Below, one piece after another: positions 18,716 through 29,191 of a stretch of 46,892 nt of DNA. Positions within the stretch are counted from its first letter, which is position 1. Each line of letters opens with the position of its first letter. Source of the DNA: an uncultured Nitrospiraceae bacterium (GTDB lineage Bacteria; Nitrospirota; Thermodesulfovibrionia; Thermodesulfovibrionales; UBA6898); the NCBI GenBank assembly GCA_963811165.1, contig CAWEQH010000003.1, positions 1 through 46,892 of the forward strand. Reading direction: 5' to 3'. Made by a program: the position numbers and the translations under genes. Below the pieces are notes generated by a model. It was not told the DNA's origin, did no database searches, and saw nothing but the letters and a program-made list of their open reading frames with translations.

Positions 18716-21700
18716 TTAGAGACCAGTTGTTGTGTATCCAGAAACGTTGCCTCCATTTAAGGTAAAGATGTTGAGTGGAGGCAGTAAGGGATCCATTCCA
18801 GCTGCAGGCCGATCCGTCGAAACCGCCCCACTCACTTGAGTAGGGGCGATAAAGCCTGTTGTGCTGTCGCCGTTTATGGCTTCCTTGAATACGTTAGTAG
18901 TAGTGGTGCCTTTATAAGCGACATCAAGTTTGTTTGTCGCAACGTTCCATGAAACGGCTGGAGCAAGCAAAGTACTGCCGGAGGCAAGCGTTTGCCAACC
19001 GCCGAATGATGTGCCGTCCGGATTCACATTGCCTGCAAGGATTCGATTGAGCGTATTACTTCTGACCGCCAACTGAACCTTGCCGGCCGAAGGGCCGGTT
19101 GTTGCGATCGCGATCGCCGGGGCAGAGCCCACAGTTCCCGCAAGCTGAACCTGGCTAGCGCCTGTACCGGTATAGCTCATGGAACCGACCCATACGGTGT
19201 TAGAAGCTGCCGTGATCGCATACTGGAGCTTGTTTGTATTAGAGTTCCAGGCGATCGCAGGAGAGGAAGTAACACCGATGGGGGACGCGGTCAATCCGCT
19301 GAATCCCGAGCCGTCGGCATTCATATTCCCGACCCAGAGATTCGTGGCAGTTAGTCCCTTAAATGCGATTATGACCTTGTTGTGCAACGGGTCCCAGGCG
19401 ATTGCCGGTGCAAAAGCCGTGGTTCCCGCAGGCAACGGAGCAAAATCAAAGTTAAGGACGCCGTCCACATTCGCCGTGCCGACGTAGATCTTGTTGTCGG
19501 CTCTCCTGATGGCAACATGGTACTTGCCCAACGTCGGGTTCCATGCGACCGAAGGAGCAGAGGCCGTCGGAACCGGTGCGATCTAGAAGACGTCGGCCGC
19601 ATCATGTCGAATTCTTCGTGGGCCAGGATGTGGCAGTGCCATACGTACTCAAACCCGAAGTCGGTCAGCGTGTTGGTGGTTTGGGCCACTGCCGGGACGC
19701 CGATCGGCGGCGCTATAGGCAGGAAGTTTGTGGTGGAACCCACAGGCGTCGAGGGGTCCAGCGGCCGGATGTTCGTGCGGCTCCGGGAACGGCAGCACCG
19801 GCTGGGTCGGCTTTAAGGCAATAAAGATGTCTTCAAAGGGGTTGGTCCTGATGGCTTCCCTCCAGCCCAGTTCATCAGGATAGGGCTGCTTTACCGTGTT
19901 GGCATAGTCGACCCTGTTTATCACCTGCAGGTCGAAGAGGTGGAAGTGCATCACATGGGAATCGACGCCGAGGTGCGTGATGCGCCAGAGCACGGTTTCG
20001 CCGTTGTTGAGGTACTCGGTCGGCGGGTCGATGAACTTCGCGATACCCACAACCGGGCCTGCGCCTACAGTCGGCGTAAGCGGGTTGGGGGTCGAACCGA
20101 GGAAGATGTTTATCCGTCCGTAGTCCGGGTCAAAACCTTCGGTCAGGTTCTTTCCGGTAGGAGCAAGGGCAGCCCTTCAGCAGCGCCGAAGCAGTGGCGC
20201 CCGTGCCGTTGTTCCCCGGTGCAGCGATGATGAAAGACCAGGGGCTCATTGATGCATCGCGCCCGGGTTCGTGACCGTGATCGAGCCGACGAGGCCTGCT
20301 GTTGCTACTGTCACCGAGCAGGTCGCGGCGGTGCCGCCGCTCCGCCGCGTGATGGTGCACGTCGGGGCCACCGCGGCAACTGCAGTGTCATAGTTGGAAC
20401 CCGGCTCCACAATGACGATGCCGGTAACGACACCGCCCGATACTGTTGCCGCTGCGGTAGCCTGTACGCCGCCGGCAAGAGGCGCGCCTAAGGTAACGGT
20501 AGGAACCGAGGTGTAACCGGTGCCTGCCGTGACGAGCGTAACCGCGCCAATGGGGTTAATCCCCGCGGTGGCGGTAGGCAGCGTGGTGCATCCGCCTGCG
20601 CCGGGACTATCTGGACCGAAGGAGCCACGGTATAACCGGCGCCGGGCAGTGTCGTCACGATCCTGGCGACGGGCTGACCCGTACCGGTTATATTCAGGCT
20701 GTCCATATAGCCCTGGCCAAAGATATCGGTCGTCGCGAAGCCGGGGAAGGCCGCATTATACGCCAGCTGCGGCACGAGGGGCTTTTCCTGGACCGCTGCA
20801 AAGGCCTTCGGCAGCACCGTTTGCAGAGCGGTGAACGTTGCCCCGAATGGACCGCTGAGATTCGGCGGCAGGAAGGACCCGGTAGGAGAGTCGGTCGAAA
20901 CCGGGCGTTGCCGTGACATCGTAGTTAAGGGTCGAGTCTTGGTCCCGGTGATCCGGATCTGCATGAGGGTCCGGGTGTTCGGGGCCGAAACCGGCCGGTG
21001 TCGGGTAGCGCGCCTACCGGTGAACTGATCGGGCAGTCGGTGTAGTAGTCATAGAAGCGTCTGAACATCGGCATAGGCGTCGGTGCGTCGTTGTACATGA
21101 TGAGCATGTCGCCTGCAGCGTAGCTGCGGAGAAGTCGACGATAACGTCAGCGCGCATCGCGCCCATGAGATAGAGCGTACGGCTGGTGACGCCTGCGAAG
21201 GGGAGATTCTGCCGGATCAGCCTCATAGTCGACCGGATTCTGCGGCCAGACCGCGAGCTGCGCCAGGAACCCGGCTTCGTTGCCGATCTGGAGCCAGGGC
21301 GGGCCCTGCGTGGTCGGATCAGGCACGCCTCCGTCCCTGCCGTCTATCGGCCAGGTCGGATAGTCCGGGTTCACTGCGGCGGGGACCATCGAGACTTCTG
21401 TGCAGAGATCTTCCCAGGTGTAACCCGCGGGCGGTGCGGCAAATGCCGGCTGCTCCTTTGCATATCGTGCCGGCAAGGTAGCCTGCGACCGGGGTTGGTA
21501 ATCGTGAAACCGGTGACCGCATCCGCCTGCATACCGATCGGCGTGGCTGTGGCAACCGTAGTCGGAGCGTGGCCGGCAACGTCCGTGATGGTCGCGGTGA
21601 GACCAGCGGTACAACCTGCGCCCGGGCTCAAAACCGAGATGCCGGTGACAACGCCGCCGCGTACTATTGTCGAAGCAATAGGCATGCGTTGTGCAGCCGC

Positions 21701-23627
21701 CGCCGAAGGTGACAGGGCAGGACCGACGGCCGCACTATACAACTGGAGGTTCAAGCTGCGGTCGTTTCCTGCGTCCAGTATCCTGAAGCGGACGGCATCC
21801 GGCGGCAGGTTGACGTAGGGGAAGGCCGTGCCGTTGACGACCGCCGTGTCCATGAAGGCCTCAGGCGTGATCGACGGGCTGGGCAGGGTGAGATACTTCG
21901 GGATCGCCGGCGGAATCATGAAGGGGCCGTAGTCCCACCTGCCGGTATCGGTGTATCCCGCTCGGGTCAAAGATGTTCTCGATCGGCATATACTCGTGGG
22001 GCAACCAGAGGTTCCCGCCGGGCATGCCGAGGCCGTTGTCGGAATATCACCCAGAGAGGGTCCGACGACCGAGGTGTCTGGGATTGGACTGGTAGTTAGC
22101 CGGGAACTGCCTCGGTATGGCGGGATAGGCGTTACGAATGGCATCCGTTGAGGCATCATTGACGAAGGTCTTGTCCTGGATGACCAGGGGGATTCCGTAG
22201 CGGTAGACCCCGCCCAGGTTAGGCAATATCTTAGTGGGCGCGATCCCCGCGGCGGTGAAGACGCCCGAAAAATTCGTGCCGTCGATGAGGTCATCTTCGA
22301 CCTGGTCGACGATCAGATAGGGCGCGGCCATGCCGTCATAGACGTTCAGGCGCGTAATGCCCCAGGCATGGTCGTGGAAGAACATCAGCCGGGGGCTCTG
22401 CTGGTTCGTATAATACAGGGTCCCGATCCCATCGCCGGCTGCAGGCGTGAAGCACTTGGCGCCGCCGACGCACGGGACGGACTCCATCCACCATGTCAGG
22501 GACATTCTGGAAGCCCGGGCCTTTCTGCATGCCCCAGGGATATCCTGGAATGGCAGTCCCGGTAATCGGATCTCCCGCAGGCGTGAGCCATTGGTGGGGG
22601 TGCCGTCGCTGATCCCCGGGGTGTGGCCGCCATGGAGGTGAATGGTGATGCGGTTCTGCGTAAAATTGGCGCAGGTCGCGATCCCGTAATCACAGGCGTG
22701 CCTGTCAAATCCTGGGGCCCCATTCCCGCGCCCATGACCGTCGTGTCCACAGGGAAGGGGAGCGATCCGCGCCGCCTGGGCTAGTAGGAAGATGGTTTTC
22801 GAACCTTAAGCGCACCGGCTTGCCGTTTACCGCGCTTCCAGAGGATAAGCACCGTGAATCCGGTGATCCCGGCCGGCTTGTCAGGATGGAAAGTGCGGGC
22901 TATGATCGCCGGTCCCAGATACTGAGGTGTGCCGCCAGGCGAGGGTCGTAGCGGTATCACCTTTAAGGTAATAGCCCCGGAGTGTTGTCGGGGGCAGGTC
23001 GGTGTGCATTTTGCGCGTGAATACTGCGCTACGCCGAGTTCATAATAGTCCGAAGCAGGGGCAATACCCGTTGCCGGAAAGCTTGCCGTATTGGGAATGG
23101 CAATCGGGATGTACTGTCCGAGGTTGTTTTGGTTGCAGTACCACCGGTAACATTAGGGGGTGTGCCGGTACCCGGCGTGCATCCCTGAATTCCCAGTCCG
23201 GGCAGCGAGTCAACGAACTTCCTGATGCTCGGGCTCTGGGCGAAGTTCGGAATGGTGTAGTCGACGACCGGGTTAAACCCGATCCCGGGCGGGAAAAGCG
23301 GGTTGGCCGCAACCGCCGGACCAACGACCTTGGACGGATAAGGCGGTGTAACCGGCCCGCTCGGCATCTGATTGATAGCCTCAGGAATCGGTCCGCGGAA
23401 CCTTTGTCCGCTGGCCTTTATCGTGTTCAGCATCTGTTGGTTCACTGCAGATACTCATTGTGTCTATCGAGGTCAGTATTCACTCCGCTTTGAAGCGACG
23501 GCGCTACCGTCCCCTTTGGCGGGTGGCCTCTTTCCCCTTCCTCTGCGTTGCCCCTGTCAACTCCCCATAAAAAGAGAGTTGCCGTGAGGAGCAGGCCCAT
23601 TACAACAATAATTTTTCGTCCATACAT
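18716..23627 (-). CDS. Large multicopper oxidase (Geobacter OmpB / Leptothrix MofA type) with C-terminal beta-propeller; many frameshifts (assembly error or pseudogene)
   Basis: RBS AGGAGG and a Sec-like signal at 23627; NFAQSPSIRKFVDSLPGLG; four Cu motifs HLHGG (~22635), FFHDH (~22372), HVMHFH (~19950), WHCHILAHEEFDMM (~19630), spread over frame-switching fragments. Confidence 0.85.
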
Positions 23628-24280
23628 TATGTTTGCCCTCCTACTTTTAAATGTTATCCTTCATTGCTCTTAGCCGTGACACATCATAATTCATAACTTC
23701 GTCTCAACACCCCCTTCCCTTTGTCGATTCTCCGACAATTTGATTGCTAAGAGTTCTATCTGGAAATATGCGTCTAGTGTACTATTTACTCCCCCCATCA
23801 AGCGCCCGCTTGAGTGGTATCCGAATTTATTAAGTATATTTAATGATGCCAACCGACGTTTAGTATACTTATCTATTTAGAAATTTCAATATAAAAATAT
23901 ATAAAATATAAAAACTGTGCATTTATTCTCCCACCATCCACCATGAATGTTGAATAATTTTAACCAACCAGGGGATTTTCAACAATAAGTCTTAGTCCGA
24001 AATTAATGTAGGATTCATTAACTTCGCATGTAAGTCATTTCCCTACAAAAATCGGGTTTAAGTTCGCCACCCATGATCCTGAATAATCAGTAACAAGCTG
24101 TTATAGCTGCTTTTTTTAGCTACCGCCGGTAATTTCGATTGTGAGCGTAATTGGAAGTCTCCAGGCCCAAGCAGATCATGCGGGAAGTCTTGCCGGAAAG
24201 CCCCCCGAGCTGCAGGCTTCCTCATTGCACCGTAAATCCCGCCGAGGCACGGGGGGCATTCTGTCATGTTTCGGAAACGC

Positions 24281-26059
24281 TTAGTAAATGACCCAATCGC
24301 TCTTCCTGATAAGTTCAGGTTTCGGTCCTTTCTTGAGCTGGACGATATAGCATCCCTTGGAGGCATAGCGTTGACCCGGACCGAAGCTCAGGCGCTCATA
24401 CGGAGCAATCTCCTGGTCCTCCATCATTCCAATGACATCCAGAAAGTAGTCACGGTAATATTTCCCCCTCATATCCATGAGCGCCCGGTCCAGGACCTGG
24501 ATAACGTCGTGTGTCCGCGCTGTAATCTGCTGAATATCGTCCTGAGCCGGCTTTCTCGTTACCGTCTCGATGTGGCCTACATACGTCGCTTCATCCTGGC
24601 GCAACCTGAAAGGGTAGGTTACGTAAGACTTGCGCAATTTGAAAGGGTAGGTTATATACGTGAAGTCACGGTCCTGATCCTTCAATTCCCAAATACTCTT
24701 CCCAAGATAGCTCGATGAGACAAAAACCATACGGGGCCTGTTATGGTCGGTGGCTGCCAGATCGTCGAGCGCCGACAGGGCCTCCGGACCGTCCCAAAGG
24801 ACGAGCACGGCAGGTTTTTCCTTAGCCAATGCCTTCCGCAAGGAGGCTGCAGTCAGCGCTTCCCCTGCCTTGAGGGTGACCGACACGGGGGGGCGATGTC
24901 CCGTTTCCTGCAATGTGTTTTGAAACCCGGCCGCCAGCGCCCGGCCTTCACTTGAATCGCGAAAGATCTGGAGTATCACCCCGCCTTTTGCCGGTTCGTC
25001 CTCTGCCGTATTGAGATATCTGGCCGCGCTTTCGCCTTCCTGATAATATCCCTTCGACAGATACCAGGTATACCAGTCATTTTCGGAAATGACCGGTAAA
25101 TCGGTAAAAGGGAAGAGTTCCGGGATTTTATTTGTCTCGCAGAAATCGTGTACCGGCTTCCAGTCACCACTTGTAATTCCCCCTATCAGAGCAAATACAG
25201 GATTGTTACGATAGTATTCTTCCAGCTGGCTGCGCCAGGTCTCCCGGGGACCTTTGAGCACCCAGACGGACAGTGACAGATCCCGGTATGCCTGTTCCGG
25301 ACCGGCGAATTGTCCCTGGGACACCGATGATTCCTGCACGGAGCGGCTCATGCCTTCCTCAACCTTTTTGAAATATGCATTGCTGTTCCAATTCACTATG
25401 TAGTTCTCCAGGGGACGCAGCATCGCCTTGCGAACTTCGGGGCCCACATCCTCGGAGATGACCGTCGCCAAGTGCAGCGTCGAAGCCGAGACCCCGGGAG
25501 AAAAATGAGATGAAAGCGATTTGAGGTAGAAGATGAGCACTGCCATGTCCTTATCATCAAGCAGATAACGAGGCATGACCTCGCTCAGGACCCGGCCTGT
25601 CGGATCTATGCCGCCCCTGATTACGTCAGCCAATGTTTCGTCCGTATACGCCGGCCGATATAAAAGCGGCGTGGGAGCTTTTTGAAAATAGCCTGTATAA
25701 AATTCTATCTTGTACGGATGAAAGAGCTTATTCCCGGTTGTAGGGGGCGTGATAACACTGCCCTCGATCGAGCCGAGCCCGCTGCGCAGGTGACAACTGA
25801 CGCAGCTGAAGGCCGTTCCCGCTACGGGGATTTCCCCGTTTACCACGGCCTCCATCGGTTCTCCCGAGGGAAGGATCCCGTCGCGATACATCCGTTCCCC
25901 AAGGCGTACTGCCTCTTCATTGGTTATCCCGGGAGCAGGGAGGGGCTTTACGTCATCTGCCCATACAGGCCCGAGCCAATAAAGCCCGAGCAGGGTAATA
26001 AAAAATCGCAGACCGATCAATGCCCCGCGTCCTGTCTTTGCAATATATGTTTTCATCAT
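24281..26059 (-). CDS. Cytochrome c domain fused to a type I periplasmic-binding-protein-like domain
   Basis: Signal peptide, single heme motif CVSCH, distal MPRY Met; NPVFALIGG..CETNKIPELFP PBP-like fold. Confidence 0.8.
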   Translation of the reverse strand: MMKTYIAKTGRGALIGLRFFITLLGLYWLGPVWADDVKPLPAPGITNEEAVRLGERMYRDGILPSGEPMEAVVNGEIPVAGTAFSCVSCHLRSGLGSIEGSVITPPTTGNKLFHPYKIEFYTGYFQKAPTPLLYRPAYTDETLADVIRGGIDPTGRVLSEVMPRYLLDDKDMAVLIFYLKSLSSHFSPGVSASTLHLATVISEDVGPEVRKAMLRPLENYIVNWNSNAYFKKVEEGMSRSVQESSVSQGQFAGPEQAYRDLSLSVWVLKGPRETWRSQLEEYYRNNPVFALIGGITSGDWKPVHDFCETNKIPELFPFTDLPVISENDWYTWYLSKGYYQEGESAARYLNTAEDEPAKGGVILQIFRDSSEGRALAAGFQNTLQETGHRPPVSVTLKAGEALTAASLRKALAKEKPAVLVLWDGPEALSALDDLAATDHNRPRMVFVSSSYLGKSIWELKDQDRDFTYITYPFKLRKSYVTYPFRLRQDEATYVGHIETVTRKPAQDDIQQITARTHDVIQVLDRALMDMRGKYYRDYFLDVIGMMEDQEIAPYERLSFGPGQRYASKGCYIVQLKKGPKPELIRKSDWVIY

Positions 26060-26637
26060 TTGGCCATCCTTTCATATTCGGCCAAAAGGTCGGAAGTCCC
26101 GATGAGACCGTAGATTCTGAGCCATCGTTTGTCAGCCGAAGAATACAGCAGGGCCAGCGGCAAGTGGGACATCTTATTCATGGTGTAGGCCTCCAGGACC
26201 TTTGTCACTCTTTCGATATCTCTCTTGGAACCTGTCAGGAATTCCCACCCTGGTTTTGCACCATAACGTTTAAGGTACTCGGTCAGCCTTTTCGGGGTAT
26301 CATTTTCAGGATCAATCGAGATGGAAACGAGCAACACATCCTTCGGATCCTGGCCGACCCTCTTTTGGAAATTTGCAAAGCCGGCTGAAAGCACCGGACA
26401 GATCGTGGTGCAGGTGGTAAAAATAAAATCCACCAACACTACTTTCTTCGAGTTCAGCAGCTCAATGAGCTTCACCTTTTTTCCATGTTGATTCAGCAGC
26501 GTCACGTCCGGAACGACATAGTCTTTGAACGTCCTCGTGTACTTTTCCTGTGTCCCGGCGCTGACTATCTCCGCGGGAAGTAATAGCGTAAGCGCGGCCA
26601 ACAAAACCGGGAAATACCATATCTTGAGTTTTGGCAT
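26056..26637 (-). CDS. SCO1/SenC family copper chaperone
   Basis: FIFTTCTTICP (CxxxC), SISIDPENDTP, WEFLTG, conserved His (MSH); ATGA overlap with the downstream gene. Confidence 0.92.
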   Translation of the reverse strand: MPKLKIWYFPVLLAALTLLLPAEIVSAGTQEKYTRTFKDYVVPDVTLLNQHGKKVKLIELLNSKKVVLVDFIFTTCTTICPVLSAGFANFQKRVGQDPKDVLLVSISIDPENDTPKRLTEYLKRYGAKPGWEFLTGSKRDIERVTKVLEAYTMNKMSHLPLALLYSSADKRWLRIYGLIGTSDLLAEYERMAK

Positions 26638-26762
26638 TGCAAAACCTCCATTATATTTTTACACTGACTTTTTTACTCTATCATAAAAAATCACGGGGGG
26701 CTAGCAGACGAAAAGGTGCAGCCTCATCATTATCCCTGCAACCAATTCCCTTTTTGTCGCCC

Positions 26763-26791
26763 TTGTCTTGAAGTGTTACGTCTGATATGAT
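26763..26791 (+). promoter_or_regulatory. Putative sigma70 promoter
   Basis: TTGTCT-N17-TATGAT with a TG extended -10, just upstream of 26809. Confidence 0.5.
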
Positions 26792-26808
26792 GGCTGTATT
26801 ACATCCTC

Positions 26809-27798
26809 ATGAAAAGGAGTCTTATGAAATCAAGATTCGCAGTTTTCATGGTCTTGCTCTTTCTCTCACTGTCTTCTCTGAGCTATGGGACTGATCGGTG
26901 TCAGGAATATTTGAATAAAGGAGAATATGACAAAGCGATTGATGCATGCACAGCCATGATTCAATCGCCGGACCCTCAGACATATCGTAACTTCTACAAT
27001 CGCGGGTTTGCCTATTCCAAGAAGGAACAATACGACAAGGCCATTGCGGATTACACCGCGGCAATTGAGCTGGCCCCCCGAAACGGGGGCATTTACGAGG
27101 CACGGGCATCCGCCTACGAGAGCACGAAGCAGTACGATAAAGCCATTGGGGATTGGAGTAAAGCCGTTTCAATCGCTCCCTCAGAATATAATTACCTCCA
27201 TCGCGCAGGTCTCTATCGAAACAGTGGGCGATATCGTGAGGCCATAGCGGATTACGGCAAGGTCATACAGTTGGACCCCGAAAAGGCCGCAGGCTATTGG
27301 TTTCGCTCAGTTGCCTATTACGAAGAGGGGTCGTTCGCGGACAGCGTCCGGGACAACAGGAAATTGATAGAAATAATGCCGAAGACAATCCATGATGTGA
27401 AATTGGATCTTCTCTATGTGCGTCTTTTAAATTCCGCAGGGAAGCTTTCTCAAGGCGAATACGACAAAGTCCTCGCAGAACTCCGGAGCTATGTGGCCTC
27501 TCACGACGTTTCATCCGTCGACGAAAAATGGTGGCGGGCCATTTCAAAGTATTACCTGGGGATGGGTGACGTGACGGATATCCGATTGCTTGAGGAAGCG
27601 CGCAATGGCAGGACTGAAGAAGCGGTGCAACATAGGCTTTGTGATGCATACTATTCGATCGGCGAAAAAAAACTTATGGAAAGGGACAGAAAAGGGGCAG
27701 AAGGGTCCTTTAATAAAAGCATAGAAACGGGCGTAAATTCATATTCATCAAGATATGCAAAGGCGATGCTGATGCTGATGCATGAGGGAAAGCTGTAG
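26809..27798 (+). CDS. Exported TPR protein (NlpI-like C-terminus)
   Basis: Signal peptide, several YxNRG..AIADY..AI.L.P repeats, C-terminal LCDAYYSIGE..FNKSIE. Confidence 0.85.
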   Translation: MKRSLMKSRFAVFMVLLFLSLSSLSYGTDRCQEYLNKGEYDKAIDACTAMIQSPDPQTYRNFYNRGFAYSKKEQYDKAIADYTAAIELAPRNGGIYEARASAYESTKQYDKAIGDWSKAVSIAPSEYNYLHRAGLYRNSGRYREAIADYGKVIQLDPEKAAGYWFRSVAYYEEGSFADSVRDNRKLIEIMPKTIHDVKLDLLYVRLLNSAGKLSQGEYDKVLAELRSYVASHDVSSVDEKWWRAISKYYLGMGDVTDIRLLEEARNGRTEEAVQHRLCDAYYSIGEKKLMERDRKGAEGSFNKSIETGVNSYSSRYAKAMLMLMHEGKL

Positions 27799-27982
27799 TT
27801 CCCTTCCCGTGTATCTTTGCTTTTGTCCTTACGGAAACGTGACCGGTCGGTCCAAATGCAGACGAAAACGTCTGTCCCCCTTTTTCCCGCAGACAGGTTG
27901 AACTAAAGCGCCTGCCTCCACGGCCGAGGGGGGGACCCTATCCCGTCTATGCGCTACGCCAAGAATACGTCGCAGAAGGTGT

Positions 27983-28926
27983 CTACTCGAAGGGGGCGGT
28001 GGTTACATCAAGTTTTATTGCCTTATCGATAGCCTGTGCCGCCTCTTCATTTCGGCCTAGAGCTCGAAGGCTTACGCCTTTATAATACCAGGCATACACT
28101 TCCTCTTCATGGCCCAGGCCGAGGCTTATCGCCTTATCGTACGCCTTTACCGCTTCTTCATGCCGTCCCAGAGTTCGAAGACTTGAGCCTTTCAAATACC
28201 ACGCGTGAGGAGTTAACTCCTTCTTGAGGCCGAGGCTTATCGCCTTATCGAGGGCCTTTACCGCCTCTTCATTTCGTCCTAATGCTTGAAGGCTTAAGCC
28301 GTTTAAAGTACCAGGCATATGCCTCGTCTTCCTTCTTGAGGCCCAGGCTTATCGCCTTATCGAAGGCCTTTGCCGCCTCTTCATGCCGCCCCAACGTTTG
28401 AAGGTTTGACCCGTTTGAATACCAGGCATATGCCTCGTCCCTTTTCTGCAATCCGAGGTTTATCGCCTTATCGAAGGCCTTTATTGCTTCTTCACGTCGG
28501 CCCAAACTTCCAAGGCTTGCCCCCTTTTCATACCACGCATAAGCCTCTAAATCCTTCCTGGGGCCGAGGCTTATCGCCTTATCGTAGGCCTTTATCGCTT
28601 CTTCATGCCGGCCCAAACTGTCCGAGGCTTAACCCTTTCATGATCCACGCCATAGTTTCATCTTCCGGCTTCAAGCCAAGGCTTATCGCCTTATCGAACG
28701 CCGCTATCGCTTCTTCATATTTGCCGGCCTGGCTTAACCCTACTGCCTTGTTATTCCAGTCCGTTGCATCGTCCTCTGCAAAAGCCGGCGCGGCTGCTGA
28801 ACCGAATACTATGAAACAAGACAGCAAAAATGCCATTGCAGTAAAATAGTAAGTGTTTTTTCTCGCTGCCGCACTCATCGGTTCTTTCACCGGACGGCCA
28901 ACTTCGTGGGAATTAAACAAAATCAC
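27983..28926 (-). CDS. Exported TPR protein with seven 37-aa repeats; two +1 frameshifts
   Basis: RBS AAGGAGG before GTG 28926; signal peptide ..APAFA; three ORF pieces join near 28615 and 28305; AWYxKGxSLxxLGRxEEAxKAxDKAISLG units. Confidence 0.85.
28010..28760 (-). repeat. Tandem ~111-bp coding repeat, 7 units
   Basis: Anchor (g/a)aggcttatcgccttatcg or a variant at 28010, 28121, 28232, 28344, 28455, 28566, 28678. Confidence 0.9.
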
Positions 28927-28964
28927 TTTGTCCTCCTTAAAAGACCATTCTTTTTATGATATCA

Positions 28965-28992
28965 ATTATCATAAAAAAATTTATTTTGTCAA
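28965..28992 (-). promoter_or_regulatory. Putative sigma70 promoter for the TPR gene
   Basis: Minus strand TTGACA-N16-GATAAT. Confidence 0.55.
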
Positions 28993-29191
28993 TCGGCCTG
29001 TTTCAGACCCCTGACTTCCCGCCCTGAGAACAGTTGAGGCTTTTGTTAACAGTTACCACGCACTCCGCGATAGTATCGCCCGCCTCCGCGCAATTTTTAT
29101 CAGCACAATCGTTAAATGCCGTCTGAATAGCGGGATGCGGACGGCGGTCGAGCGCAACGTAGTATCGGCAAAGAGATCTTTGCGGCCGTTT

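Noticed and set aside
19583..19585. Pyrrolysine or readthrough at the in-frame TAG of the oxidase
   Set aside because: It lies beside an indel in an error-rich stretch; a miscalled CAG is simpler
24200..24257. Riboswitch or ncRNA (GCCCCCCG/CGGGGGGC inverted repeat)
   Set aside because: No recognisable aptamer consensus; may be only a terminator-like or stabilising hairpin after the cytochrome gene
27858..27886. REP-like element or terminator (cagacg-aaaa-cgtctg then tccccctttttc)
   Set aside because: Single short hairpin with no second copy or transposase in the window
28010..28760. Regular repeats as a CRISPR array
   Set aside because: The period is 111 nt, the whole unit is conserved and coding (TPR), there are no unique spacers and no cas genes
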